64,000 nt of DNA from a virus (taxonomy: Duplodnaviria; Caudoviricetes), in IMG/VR virus record IMGVR_UViG_2929701070_000001, positions 1-64,000 of that record, one strand, 5' to 3'. A program made the position numbers and the translations under genes. A model generated the notes under the pieces. It was not told the DNA's origin and ran no database searches. It saw only the letters and a program-made list of their open reading frames with translations. Below, piece by piece: positions 18,815 through 28,100 of the stretch (position 1 is its first letter; every line of letters begins with the position of its first letter).

Positions 18815-18844
18815 TTGACAACCCGTAGGGCCACCCTTTAAGTT
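18815..18844 (+). promoter_or_regulatory. housekeeping-sigma promoter for rightward operon
   Basis: TTGACA-18 bp-TAAGTT with ACCCTAC / GTAGGG boxes around the -35. Confidence 0.7.
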
Positions 18845-18914
18845 CGAGGCACAAGGGAATACGGCGTCGCGAAGTGCTCGCAACACTGACGCCCCGATCG
18901 GGAGGTAGCCCGAG

Positions 18915-19247
18915 ATGAGGAACGCTGTCCTCGACGTGCCCGGCGACGTCACCGAACCGCCGGCCACGCCCACCCCGCACACCGTGTGGTGCCAGCCGAG
19001 CCACTGCCGGGCGTTTCCCGGCGCCGACGCCACCCACCGCCACCTGATCGGCCAGGCCGCCGGCGTGGAGGTGTGGGTGGAGCGCTCCGACACGACCCGC
19101 GCCGACGGCACCCACGACTACGGGACGCCCGCCGTGTACGTGTGGTCGGAGGGTCACCTGCCGCTCGGCCGCCCCGAGCTGGACAACCTGAACGCGCTGC
19201 TGTCCGCGGCCGAGGTGTTCGCCGACGAGTTCACGGGCGTGCGGTGA
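18915..19247 (+). CDS. hypothetical protein
   Basis: GGAGG SD; WC...C...H pattern. Confidence 0.7.
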   Translation: MRNAVLDVPGDVTEPPATPTPHTVWCQPSHCRAFPGADATHRHLIGQAAGVEVWVERSDTTRADGTHDYGTPAVYVWSEGHLPLGRPELDNLNALLSAAEVFADEFTGVR

Positions 19248-19549
19248 TGGGCGCCCCCACCTTGCACCAGGTGCTCACGGATGTGGCTGCCGGGCTGGTG
19301 ACCTTGGATGTGAACGGGTTCATCGGCATCCCCGACACGGTGGACGTCGCCGACGGCCAGGCGTACCGGCTGGTGGTGGTCACCGCCGTCACCCGCTCGC
19401 AGGTGATGGTGCCGCCCGGGCAGCGGGTGCTGGTGTTGTCCACGATCGGGGAGCACCTGCGCCGGAAGGGCAACCCGAACGCGTACCGGTCGCCGCGGGC
19501 GTTCGACATGCGTGACGGCAAGCTGGGTACGGCGGCGGTGGCCCGGTGA
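19247..19549 (+). CDS. hypothetical protein
   Basis: TGATG coupling. Confidence 0.6.
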   Translation: MGAPTLHQVLTDVAAGLVTLDVNGFIGIPDTVDVADGQAYRLVVVTAVTRSQVMVPPGQRVLVLSTIGEHLRRKGNPNAYRSPRAFDMRDGKLGTAAVAR

Positions 19550-20202
19550 ACACGAACCGGCGGCCCGACCGCATCCTGCCGAACACGCCGTCCCGGTCGG
19601 CGCACCAGCTGATCGCGTCGGCCGCCGACAACGCCGGCGCCGCCCCCGTCAACGGCCCGTACCGGCCGCGCACGACCACTGCCCGACACGCCGCCGTCTG
19701 ATGGCCGCGGAGGTGCGCAGCCTGGACGCGCAGCGGACCCGCACCGACAGGGGCCGCGACGAGCAGGTGCTGATCGAAGCGGACCGCATTCGTGACGGTC
19801 TCACGTCCCGCGGCCAGAAGCAGTCCAACCAGAAGCGCTGAACCGGCGCTGCGGCCGGCGCCCGTGGAGGGGCGGGCGCCGGCCGGCACCACCCTCAGCC
19901 CCTTCGCCCAACCACACCACACCTTGATCTGAGGAGATCACCATGTTCGCGTCTGCCACCAGCGTCACCTTCGGCTCCACCAGCCGTGAGATCCGCCGCC
20001 CGATCACCGTCGACACCGGCGACGGGCAGCGCACCATCCGGGTGCGGCCGGGCCGCTCGAACGCCCGCCGGGAGGCCATCAACACGTCGCTGGGTTTCCG
20101 CCGCTGACGTCTGCACGTGAGCCTGCCGGGCCGGACCTCGCACTCCCGGCCCGAGCAGGGTCACCACAGCCGACCAGCCAACCCGCAATCCACGGAGGAA
20201 CC

Positions 20203-20922
20203 GTGACCACCACAATCCCTACCTGGCATCACCCGCACTTCGTGTCCGCCACCGACGACTACTTCGGCACCCGCTACCAGTTCAAGCCGTTCACTGGCGA
20301 CGAGCCGGAGCCAGCGCTGGACCTGCCGGAGGACGTGGCGGCGGCTTTCCGCGTCGCCTACGGCCGGGCGCTCGCCGAACACGCTGCCGACCCCGTCGAG
20401 AGAAACCGGGCTGCCGCCTCCGCGATCTCGGCGGCGTGGTCGGCCGCCGAGCGGGAGGCGCGGGCGGCGAACACCTCGTGGCGGGTGGCCCGCTTTACCC
20501 GCGACGTGACCGCGAAGCTGCGGAACATCGCGCCCGCCGTGCACGCCTACCAGGCGGCACGCAAGACAGCCGTCGACACGTACGACAGCCTGCACGGCAC
20601 CCCCGACGGGTTCTGGCAGGCGAAGCTGCTCACCCTTGCTGAGCTGCGGGAGAAGACGCTCGCCGCAGCGAGGCAGCTTGACCGGGAGGCTTCCGGCATC
20701 GCCGTCATGACGGAGGGACTGCCGGAGCGGGTGCTGGAGGGAATCCCCGCCATCGGGCAGCTCGCGAAGGAGTGCGGCGCCGAGTTGGGCGGCTGGACGC
20801 CGGACAGCTCCGACGCCTACGAGTGGAGCCGCGGGCCGACGGTGCAGGAGCTGGAGCGGCTGTTCACCGAGCAGGACGCGCGGATCGCCGCGGTCACCCG
20901 GATGTTCGGCGGTTCGCGGTGA
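20203..20922 (+). CDS. hypothetical helical protein
   Basis: GGAGG SD. Confidence 0.75.
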   Translation: MTTTIPTWHHPHFVSATDDYFGTRYQFKPFTGDEPEPALDLPEDVAAAFRVAYGRALAEHAADPVERNRAAASAISAAWSAAEREARAANTSWRVARFTRDVTAKLRNIAPAVHAYQAARKTAVDTYDSLHGTPDGFWQAKLLTLAELREKTLAAARQLDREASGIAVMTEGLPERVLEGIPAIGQLAKECGAELGGWTPDSSDAYEWSRGPTVQELERLFTEQDARIAAVTRMFGGSR

Positions 20923-21098
20923 GCGACGACCTCGCGGACGCCCTGGCCGCCGACGACGCCGCGGAGGACGCCGGCATGCACCCGGACGACCGGCTCACCT
21001 GCCACACCCACCAGTGCTGGTTGGAGGACTGCGCGGACCACCCGATGCACACCCGCCCGGCCACCTACGCGCTGGCGCCGAGCCTGTTCGGTCGCTGA
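20919..21098 (+). CDS. small Cys/His protein
   Basis: GTGA coupling; CHTHQCW..DC...H. Confidence 0.55.
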   Translation: MSDDLADALAADDAAEDAGMHPDDRLTCHTHQCWLEDCADHPMHTRPATYALAPSLFGR

Positions 21099-21200
21099 CC
21101 TGCGATGTGAGCCTGCCGGGCCGGACCCAGCAGTCCCGGCCCGCGCAGGGTTGCCGCAGGCCACCAACCCAACCAACCCAACCGACCCGCTGGAGGAACC

Positions 21201-21416
21201 ATGAACACGATCACCGTCACGACGACCGTCGACATCAACGGCGAGAGCAAGACGTACACCGCCGCCGCCAGCACGGAGGCGAACCCGTACCGGATCGCGA
21301 ACGGGCTGCTCAGCAGCCTCATCACCGACATCGGGCAGGCGACGGCGGACGCCCGCATCGCCTGGGACAACAAGCGTGATGACGCGTCCCGTGCGCCCGC
21401 CACAGGCGGACGCTGA
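21201..21416 (+). CDS. hypothetical protein
   Basis: GGAGG SD. Confidence 0.7.
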   Translation: MNTITVTTTVDINGESKTYTAAASTEANPYRIANGLLSSLITDIGQATADARIAWDNKRDDASRAPATGGR

Positions 21417-21570
21417 TGGACCCCGCGACAGACAGGTACGCCCACAACGAGGCGGTGATGCGCCGGTTGCAGGCCGACGCCGACGCCGCGCTGGTCCGCA
21501 TACACCGCCACGAGCAGCGGGAGTGGCGTCGGACGCTGCCGTGGTGGCAGCGCTGGCGGAGGCTTCCGCG

Positions 21571-21891
21571 ATGACCGGGCCGGCACCGCACCCCAGCACC
21601 TACGTTCTGCCGCCGGTGGCGGTGGAAACCGTGAACGCCGGTGATCTGCTGCTGCTCGGCGGCGTGTGGCTGACCGTGCAGGGCGCCACCCCGGACGGGC
21701 CGCGGGTAACGGTGCGGGTGCCCGACCGGGACCTGCGGTACTGGCGGGGCGAGCTGGTGACGGTGTTCCGGCCGGTGCCGCAACAGATGGCCAACCCGGC
21801 GTTCCTCGCCACCTTGGGGCCGGCGGTGTTCACGTCGAGTCTGGTCGACCGGTTTTTTGACTGGATCGGCTGGCGCAGGCCCCGCACATGA
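21571..21891 (+). CDS. hypothetical protein
   Basis: GGAGG SD; VNAGDLLL SH3-like strand pattern. Confidence 0.55.
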   Translation: MTGPAPHPSTYVLPPVAVETVNAGDLLLLGGVWLTVQGATPDGPRVTVRVPDRDLRYWRGELVTVFRPVPQQMANPAFLATLGPAVFTSSLVDRFFDWIGWRRPRT

Positions 21892-22009
21892 CGGTGGGGT
21901 GCGGTTCCCGAAGGCACCGCACCCCACCTCTGGTCCAACCACAGACCACATCCGGCGAGGGGCACCACCCCCAAGCCGAACCAACCGAGCCACCCGAAGG
22001 AGGCCGACC

Positions 22010-22186
22010 ATGGGAAAGCGTACAACCACAGACAGCAGCCAGGACAAGCCCCCGTACGACATGCCGAACATGGACGCGGTGCGCAACGAGACCCGTCGCC
22101 TCAACGACCCGCAGGCCACCTACGACCTCGCGGTGAAGGCACGTGACGCGCAGCTGGCGGGCGCGTTCCGCCGGAGGCCCCGGTGA
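22010..22186 (+). CDS. hypothetical protein
   Basis: AAGGAGG SD after hairpin and AC-rich leader. Confidence 0.6.
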   Translation: MGKRTTTDSSQDKPPYDMPNMDAVRNETRRLNDPQATYDLAVKARDAQLAGAFRRRPR

Positions 22187-22372
22187 CGGCAGGCCAGCAG
22201 ATCGCGGGGGTGGCCACGTACGGCTACCCCCGCCACACCCGACGCCGTGCGGTGCAGCTCGCCCCACGGCCGACCGTGTGCGTGTGCGGCACTGACACCG
22301 AGCTCGGTCCGTGCCCGCAAAACTGTCCCACCCGCGACGTCGACAGCCGGGCTGCCGGCCGGTAGGAGACTG

Positions 22373-22705
22373 GTTGCTGTGCCGCTGATCCGCCAACCCG
22401 AGCGCTGCTGGATTCTGCTCGTCCACTCCGCTTGCGCCGACGAGGACCGGGAACATCACCGGCCGACCGTGGACGTGTTCCTGCCGATCGTGGCGGAGTT
22501 GTGGGCACGCTGGCCGGAGCGGGACACGCCGCTGCCGTGGCTGAACGACGAGCCGTGCCTGATCGTGCAGTGCCGGGTGTGTGGCCTGGCGGTGGGGGAT
22601 GGGGAGCATTTCGCCGATGCGGAGCACGCGTGGGAGGCAGCCGAGTGCGACGGCTGGCAGGAGGACGTGTGTCCGTTCTGCCAGCCGAACGCCGTATCAC
22701 TCTAG
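22373..22705 (+). CDS. Cys-rich hypothetical protein
   Basis: two CxxC pairs plus GW....CPFC; start uncertain. Confidence 0.55.
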   Translation, partial: VAVPLIRQPERCWILLVHSACADEDREHHRPTVDVFLPIVAELWARWPERDTPLPWLNDEPCLIVQCRVCGLAVGDGEHFADAEHAWEAAECDGWQEDVCPFCQPNAVSL

Positions 22706-22729
22706 GGTATTTTGCCCTACCCTAAGGTC

Positions 22730-23002
22730 ATGGAGAAACCGATGGACACATCTGAGCTGGCGCAGCTCATCGCTGGGTTGCCTGCGATGCCGCCTGTGGT
22801 TCGCGCTCGCGCTGCTCGCGGGCTGGTGGACGACGCGAAGCGCATCCTTTCTGCAACTGCTGACGCGGCAGTGGAGGAGGCGACGCGGACGGCGACGTAC
22901 GCCCAGGTGGCGAAGGATCTGGGCGTGTCGGAGGCGTCGGTGAACAAGGCGGTGTCCCGTCGGCGGAAGTTGGCGCGAAGAGGCTCCGCAGGATCACCGT
23001 AG
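22730..23002 (+). CDS. small HTH regulator
   Basis: TYAQVAKDLGVSEASVNKAVSR. Confidence 0.8.
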   Translation: MEKPMDTSELAQLIAGLPAMPPVVRARAARGLVDDAKRILSATADAAVEEATRTATYAQVAKDLGVSEASVNKAVSRRRKLARRGSAGSP

Positions 23003-23035
23003 GGTATTGCTTCCGACATGACCCTACGGTAATGT
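22997..23035 (+). promoter_or_regulatory. promoter with overlapping inverted-repeat operator
   Basis: TTGCTT-17-TAATGT; CCGTAGGGT ... ACCCTACGG. Confidence 0.7.
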
Positions 23036-23075
23036 CTCCGGTGCGGACAACCACGCCAACCAGCAAGGAGCCAAG

Positions 23076-23468
23076 ATGTCGGACACCGACAACAGCCCCC
23101 GCCCGTCGTTCCTCGACCGGCAGCGCGACGCCGCCCTCGCCCAGATCACCGAGCAGCAGCAGGAGTTCCGGCGGGTCGCCGAGCTCGTCATCCCGTCCGA
23201 CCGGCGCCGCCGCAGCGACGAGCGGGTCACCGACGTCATCCGGCTCGGTAACGACCACCTCGTAGAGGTCACCAAGCGGGGCAGCGACGAGCAGGGCGAC
23301 ACCGTCAGATGGACGTTCGTGATCGGCGACAAGGCCGCCGGCTGGTACCACCACACGCAGGAGGACGCGATCCTGCACCTGATCGCCTCCCGCTACGACG
23401 ACAACCCGAACAGCAACGGGGCCGCCGCGCTCTACGCCGGCCGCGTCCTCGGCATCCCCGCCGAGTGA
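23076..23468 (+). CDS. hypothetical protein
   Basis: AAGGAG SD directly after promoter. Confidence 0.8.
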   Translation: MSDTDNSPRPSFLDRQRDAALAQITEQQQEFRRVAELVIPSDRRRRSDERVTDVIRLGNDHLVEVTKRGSDEQGDTVRWTFVIGDKAAGWYHHTQEDAILHLIASRYDDNPNSNGAAALYAGRVLGIPAE

Positions 23469-23537
23469 CCGCGACGCCCCACGCCTTCTCACCGCCCTCC
23501 ACGCCGGCCCGCTGAAAGCAGACAGGGAGAACCCGCC

Positions 23538-23765
23538 GTGATTCCCACCATCGAGCGGCACTTCGACGCCATCCATCTCATCCACACCACGAAGACCAAG
23601 CGCCTGAACCGGACACGACTTCTCGCCGCGATCGACCTACTCAACCAGCGGGACGGAAAGGCTGCCGCAACCCTCCACGAGAGGTTTCCGCTCATGTCAC
23701 CGGCAGACGTGTACGACCACCTGGCAGCCGCGCAGCAGTGCATCGACTACGACCTCAAGCCCTGA
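23538..23765 (+). CDS. hypothetical protein
   Basis: GGAG SD. Confidence 0.6.
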   Translation: MIPTIERHFDAIHLIHTTKTKRLNRTRLLAAIDLLNQRDGKAAATLHERFPLMSPADVYDHLAAAQQCIDYDLKP

Positions 23766-23857
23766 CCCGACAGCCTCCGCATCCTGCCGTGAGGGGCGCC
23801 GCATCGAATGCGGCCGGAGGTGCCACAGCCCCACCAGCCCCGCATTGAGGAGAATCC

Positions 23858-24394
23858 ATGGATCTGCCGCAGCCAACCACCAAAGCGCTTCACGCGCACC
23901 GCGAACTGACCTACGCGCTGTCGCAGTGGGCGCCGACCGTGCACCGGCTCGTGCGGGAGCGCATCGCCGCGCTGATGGAGGCGTACGGCCGGTACGAGCA
24001 CCCGCTGGAGACGGCGGAGGAATACGCCATGCGTGTCCTCGCCAAGGGGCAGATCCCGTTCCCACAGGGCGTCTGCCTGTACGACGACGACAGCGGCAAC
24101 AGCAACATCGCCTACGAGCACGTTGACGTCGGGCACGGCCTGACCGAGGACGGCGGCACCCGGATCACGTACACCGGCTGGTACCCGCACTGGGCACCTG
24201 ACGGGCAGGCGTACGAGCGGCGCTTGGCGACGATCCACTGCCCCGGCTGGCTGGTCACCGACCCGAGCGGGGTCGACCGGTTCCGGCAGCAAACCACCGA
24301 CATGTGTGAGGTCGTGCGGCAGGAACGCGCCGCCAACGCCGCCCGCATCTCCGCCCTAGTCGACGCACTGCTTGCCGATGCGAAGGAGAAGTGA
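23858..24394 (+). CDS. hypothetical protein
   Basis: GAGGAG SD. Confidence 0.75.
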   Translation: MDLPQPTTKALHAHRELTYALSQWAPTVHRLVRERIAALMEAYGRYEHPLETAEEYAMRVLAKGQIPFPQGVCLYDDDSGNSNIAYEHVDVGHGLTEDGGTRITYTGWYPHWAPDGQAYERRLATIHCPGWLVTDPSGVDRFRQQTTDMCEVVRQERAANAARISALVDALLADAKEK

Positions 24395-24588
24395 CCATGC
24401 CACCCACTCCGCTGTGGCGCGTCACCTATGCGCTTCCCGCCCACAACCGGGTCATCGGCACCGTCCGCGCCGCCACCGGCGTAGCCGCCATCGAGGAAAT
24501 CGAGCGGCAGGAGGCAGCGTTGGGTCGCGGCCCGCTGATCGCCGGGGCCACAGACGTTGAGCAGGTTTACGAGACCGAGGAGGTGTGA
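24391..24588 (+). CDS. hypothetical protein
   Basis: coupled start. Confidence 0.55.
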   Translation: MTMPPTPLWRVTYALPAHNRVIGTVRAATGVAAIEEIERQEAALGRGPLIAGATDVEQVYETEEV

Positions 24589-24589
24589 G

Positions 24590-24790
24590 ATGCCGAGACC
24601 TCACCGCACCGCCTTGATGCCGGTCGGCACCGTCATCGAGTGCGACGGCGACCGCTACCGCAAGACCCACGAGTCCCGGCGGGAGCCGTTTCCGTGGACC
24701 ACGGAGACCGGCTGCGAGTTCGGCGACGAGCGCATGGCTCACCTGCTGGACGAGGGAGCCCAGATCGTGGAGGAACCCGACCATGGCTGA
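24590..24790 (+). CDS. hypothetical protein
   Basis: GGAGG SD. Confidence 0.55.
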   Translation: MPRPHRTALMPVGTVIECDGDRYRKTHESRREPFPWTTETGCEFGDERMAHLLDEGAQIVEEPDHG

Positions 24791-25331
24791 CATCGACCTG
24801 ACCGGCAAGTGGGCGTGCCGTTTCTGCCGGCACGACCAGTACACCCACAACCTGATCCAGGGATGCGTCTCATGCGACTGCCTCGCCACTCCCGGTGAGG
24901 CCGCACCACGCACCGACGCAGAGCTAGACGCCCCGATCCTGCCTTCCGGACAGGTCAGCCCGGGATACACGGCGAGGCGTCGGCTGAGCGAGACGGTCGC
25001 CGTAGCCCTGGACGAGCTCAACACCACCGAAAGGGAAACGGGCATGACTGTGCAGCGCTACGAGGAACTGACCATGCCGGAGCGGGCCGCACTGAACGTG
25101 TGGACGACCGGCTCAGCCGACACCACCGGAATGCTGTGCGCCGTGCGCGCCGCCCTCACCGCCCACGACACCACCGAAGACACGCGGCTCGCGCTCGCCG
25201 AGCAGGCCCTGCGGGACCTGCTGGGCATGGTCGACCAGTTCGACACCCCGCGCGACCCAGGCCGGGTGCAGGCGTTCGTCGGGGACGTGCGCCAGGTGGC
25301 GCTGCGCGGGCTGGGGCAGCGCCGTGGCTGA
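24783..25331 (+). CDS. hypothetical protein (possibly two, internal ATG near 25044)
   Basis: CRFCRH...C..CDC N-terminus. Confidence 0.6.
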   Translation: MADIDLTGKWACRFCRHDQYTHNLIQGCVSCDCLATPGEAAPRTDAELDAPILPSGQVSPGYTARRRLSETVAVALDELNTTERETGMTVQRYEELTMPERAALNVWTTGSADTTGMLCAVRAALTAHDTTEDTRLALAEQALRDLLGMVDQFDTPRDPGRVQAFVGDVRQVALRGLGQRRG

Positions 25332-25677
25332 CCAGACCGAGCTTACGCTGCCGCTCACGCCCGCGAAGCTCGGCCGCGCGGTCGGCGCCATCGTGGAGTC
25401 CGCGTTCCCGCACCCGCGGCAGGAGAACTGCATCCCGGTGGGGGAAATGGAGCGGGCGTTGACCGCCCTGTGCGGGGAGGCGGTGCAACTCGCGTACGAC
25501 GACGCCGCCGGCATCCACCGCGACGCCCGGCAGCGTCTCGCCCGGCACCTGTACCTCAGCGAGCACACCGACGAGTGGGCGCCCCGGCAGTGGGACCTGC
25601 CCAGCCACGTCAACCAGGAGCCGTACCTGCGGCGCGCGGACGCGCTGCTGGCCGTCATCAACGGACAGGGGAAGTGA
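25324..25677 (+). CDS. hypothetical protein
   Basis: overlap packing. Confidence 0.65.
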   Translation: MADQTELTLPLTPAKLGRAVGAIVESAFPHPRQENCIPVGEMERALTALCGEAVQLAYDDAAGIHRDARQRLARHLYLSEHTDEWAPRQWDLPSHVNQEPYLRRADALLAVINGQGK

Positions 25678-25678
25678 C

Positions 25679-25882
25679 GTGGACTCGATCGAGGCACGGC
25701 ACCTGACCCGCGAGGCGGAACACGCCGAAAGGTGGGCGGCGCAGCTCCGCTCCCAGCAGCAGCACCTACTCGACCGGGCGGCGAACGTCGGCGCCCAGGC
25801 CACGGCGGCGGAGGAGCAGGCGGCAGCATGCCGCGCGAAGGCCGCCCGGGTTCTCGACGGCAACACCGGACAGGAGAACTGA
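25679..25882 (+). CDS. hypothetical protein
   Basis: operon packing. Confidence 0.55.
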   Translation: MDSIEARHLTREAEHAERWAAQLRSQQQHLLDRAANVGAQATAAEEQAAACRAKAARVLDGNTGQEN

Positions 25883-25883
25883 C

Positions 25884-26078
25884 ATGTGCGGATGCGCCGA
25901 CCACATCGTGTGCGGCTACCACACCCAAGTCATTGCTGACCTGCTCGAACGACTCGCCGAGGCGGAGGCAGACGGCGACGAACTGGCTGCGGCCGGGCTT
26001 CGGTCCGAACTCAACTTCTACGGTGCCAAGACCAAGATCGTGCGCGCCAACCTGGACCGGGAGGCCAGCCGTGGCTGA
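25884..26078 (+). CDS. hypothetical protein
   Basis: AGGAG SD. Confidence 0.6.
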   Translation: MCGCADHIVCGYHTQVIADLLERLAEAEADGDELAAAGLRSELNFYGAKTKIVRANLDREASRG

Positions 26079-26403
26079 CCGGGTCGACCCGGCCGCGTTC
26101 CGGGCCGCCTACAACGCCCTCATGCCGCACCTGCCGCACGCCCAGGTCCGCGGTGACATCGCCGAGCGGGTTGTCCGCGCCGTCGTGGACCTACGTACCC
26201 GCGACGGGCTGGACCGCATGGACACCCTCGCCAGCCTCAACCACGCCCGGCAGCCCGTCGTCGCCCAGCTCAAGGCGGCCTTCCCGGAGGCGTACACGCG
26301 GGTCACGGGTCGTGCTGTTGATGACGCCGTTCAAGCCGCTGCCCGCGCACTGCTGACCGGCGACGAAGGCAGCCCTCACCACTTCGACTCCAAGGAGCTG
26401 TGA
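26071..26403 (+). CDS. hypothetical protein
   Basis: GGAGG SD; overlap packing. Confidence 0.6.
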   Translation: MADRVDPAAFRAAYNALMPHLPHAQVRGDIAERVVRAVVDLRTRDGLDRMDTLASLNHARQPVVAQLKAAFPEAYTRVTGRAVDDAVQAAARALLTGDEGSPHHFDSKEL

Positions 26404-26406
26404 CCC

Positions 26407-27087
26407 ATGAACCCGACCGACCGGATACTCCACGAGCGCTACCTGCACGCCATGGTCGCGCTCGACACTGTCGACGCCATCGCCGAACGGGTACGCAACC
26501 TGTCGTCCCACGGCCGCCGCATCACCGTCACCGACCGGTTCACCTACGTCGACCGTCCACCGAAGGTGACTGCCGGCCTCACTGTTGACCGGCTCGACCC
26601 GTGGGCCAATGACCGCGGCAAGGGCTTGCGGGTGCTGCTCAAGCCCGGCCTGATGACCGGCTTCGGCTTCGCCGCGTACACCGGCGAGAACGACACCGAG
26701 AAGGGCGAGTGGAAGAAGTTCCACGCTGGCAAGTCGGTAAGCGACCGGTGGGACGAGCGGCGCCGTGATGTGACCGAGGTGGAGATGATCGGCGGGCTGC
26801 CCGGTGACGGCCCGGCCCGCGACGACCAGCTCGTCATCCGCGCCTGGAACCGCGACGGAGTGTGCACCGAGAACGTCATCGCGTTCGACTACGGGCCCGA
26901 TCGGCAGCAGATCCGCGAGGACGTCGCCAAGCACCTGTGGGTCGCTGATGGGGCGGACCCGGAGTTGTGGGACAAGCTCGCCGACATGGCGTGGGGCATC
27001 GGCGGGGCCAAGGTGGACGGATCCGAACAGCGGGAGAAGTTCCTCGCCGCCGCCGACCAGGTGCTCGCCATCGCGTGGCGGGACTGA
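26407..27087 (+). CDS. hypothetical protein
   Basis: AAGGAG SD. Confidence 0.75.
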   Translation: MNPTDRILHERYLHAMVALDTVDAIAERVRNLSSHGRRITVTDRFTYVDRPPKVTAGLTVDRLDPWANDRGKGLRVLLKPGLMTGFGFAAYTGENDTEKGEWKKFHAGKSVSDRWDERRRDVTEVEMIGGLPGDGPARDDQLVIRAWNRDGVCTENVIAFDYGPDRQQIREDVAKHLWVADGADPELWDKLADMAWGIGGAKVDGSEQREKFLAAADQVLAIAWRD

Positions 27088-27090
27088 CCC

Positions 27091-27507
27091 GTGGACGACC
27101 AGCTCGACCCGCGCGACGTGGCTGTGCTGCGCATGCTCGCTGGCGCCAACTTTTTCGGCGGCCAGGTCACCCTGCCATCCGGCCGGGTTCTCGACCGCGA
27201 GGAGATGCAGGCACTCACGTCTGCGTATGCGCCCGCCGTGGGCGAGGTGGACGACGTTGCGCGGCAGGTCAACGACACAGCCCGGCAGATCGCCGACGCC
27301 GCCAGTATGGCCGGTCGCATGCCCCGCGAGGGCGAGTCCCTGGAAGCGCACTACCTCGCCAACGGGGGTGACCCGGGCAACAATCAGACGCGGGCGATCC
27401 TGCGAGAAGCCGACCGTGGGCGGGAGCGACGCGAGGCGTCGGGGCGGGCGGCTAGCGACGAATCCACGCCGGGAGAGGCACGACGGCGCTGGTGGCGTCG
27501 CCGCTGA
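27091..27507 (+). CDS. hypothetical protein
   Basis: operon packing. Confidence 0.6.
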   Translation: MDDQLDPRDVAVLRMLAGANFFGGQVTLPSGRVLDREEMQALTSAYAPAVGEVDDVARQVNDTARQIADAASMAGRMPREGESLEAHYLANGGDPGNNQTRAILREADRGRERREASGRAASDESTPGEARRRWWRRR

Positions 27508-27580
27508 CCGACTACGACGCCAGCAAGGACGAAGCCATCCACCTGCCAGGTGGGTGGCTTCTCTGCGCCTGCCGGTTGGG

Positions 27581-27985
27581 CTACGCCTGTTCCGGGATGC
27601 CATCCGGGTGGTCTGCTGAGCGGATCTTCCGCGCCTCCGTGAGCACAGCGGCGACATCCTCGGGGTGGGCAATGCGTTCCCCCGACGGGTCCATGACGTA
27701 GCGGATCGGCAGACGTCTCTTGCCGAAGCGGGCGCCGTTGGTTAGCCACCGGTCGACGCTGGATCGGCCGGCGGGCTTCCCGTTCGGGTTGGCAAACAAC
27801 ACCATCAGCTCACCGACCTTCAACCATTCGCCCGCGGTCAGCCGCCGCTCGATGTCGGCCTGCTCTTGCGGGTCCACCCGGTCGTCTGCGCCCACGCGTT
27901 GCCTCCTCGCCCTCGTTGGCCGTGATCGTAGCGGCGCAACCGGGGCGATCGGCACTGGCAGGCGGATCGCCGAGGTATCTGACAC
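27581..27985 (-). CDS. MerR/Xis-like HTH protein, divergent regulator of the transfer operon
   Basis: EWLKVGELMVLF...GRSSVDRWL...PSGERIAHPEDV; start uncertain. Confidence 0.65.
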   Translation of the reverse strand: MSDTSAIRLPVPIAPVAPLRSRPTRARRQRVGADDRVDPQEQADIERRLTAGEWLKVGELMVLFANPNGKPAGRSSVDRWLTNGARFGKRRLPIRYVMDPSGERIAHPEDVAAVLTEARKIRSADHPDGIPEQA

Positions 27986-28100
27986 CGGCTCAGCATAGCC
28001 AAACCCGACGATCCCTACTAGCCCGATCGGCCCGACCAGTGCTACTGTCCATGGCGTGCCCAAATGGGGGGTGCCACCCAATCGCAGGAGGTGTCAGCCG

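Larger units (their letters stand above)
20102..21203 (+). repeat. two copies of an intergenic hairpin-leader element (20102-20205, 21093-21203)
   Basis: identical GTGAGCCTGCCGGGCCGGACC at 20117 and 21107, same stem-loop, AC-rich tract, GGAGGAACC-start. Confidence 0.85.
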
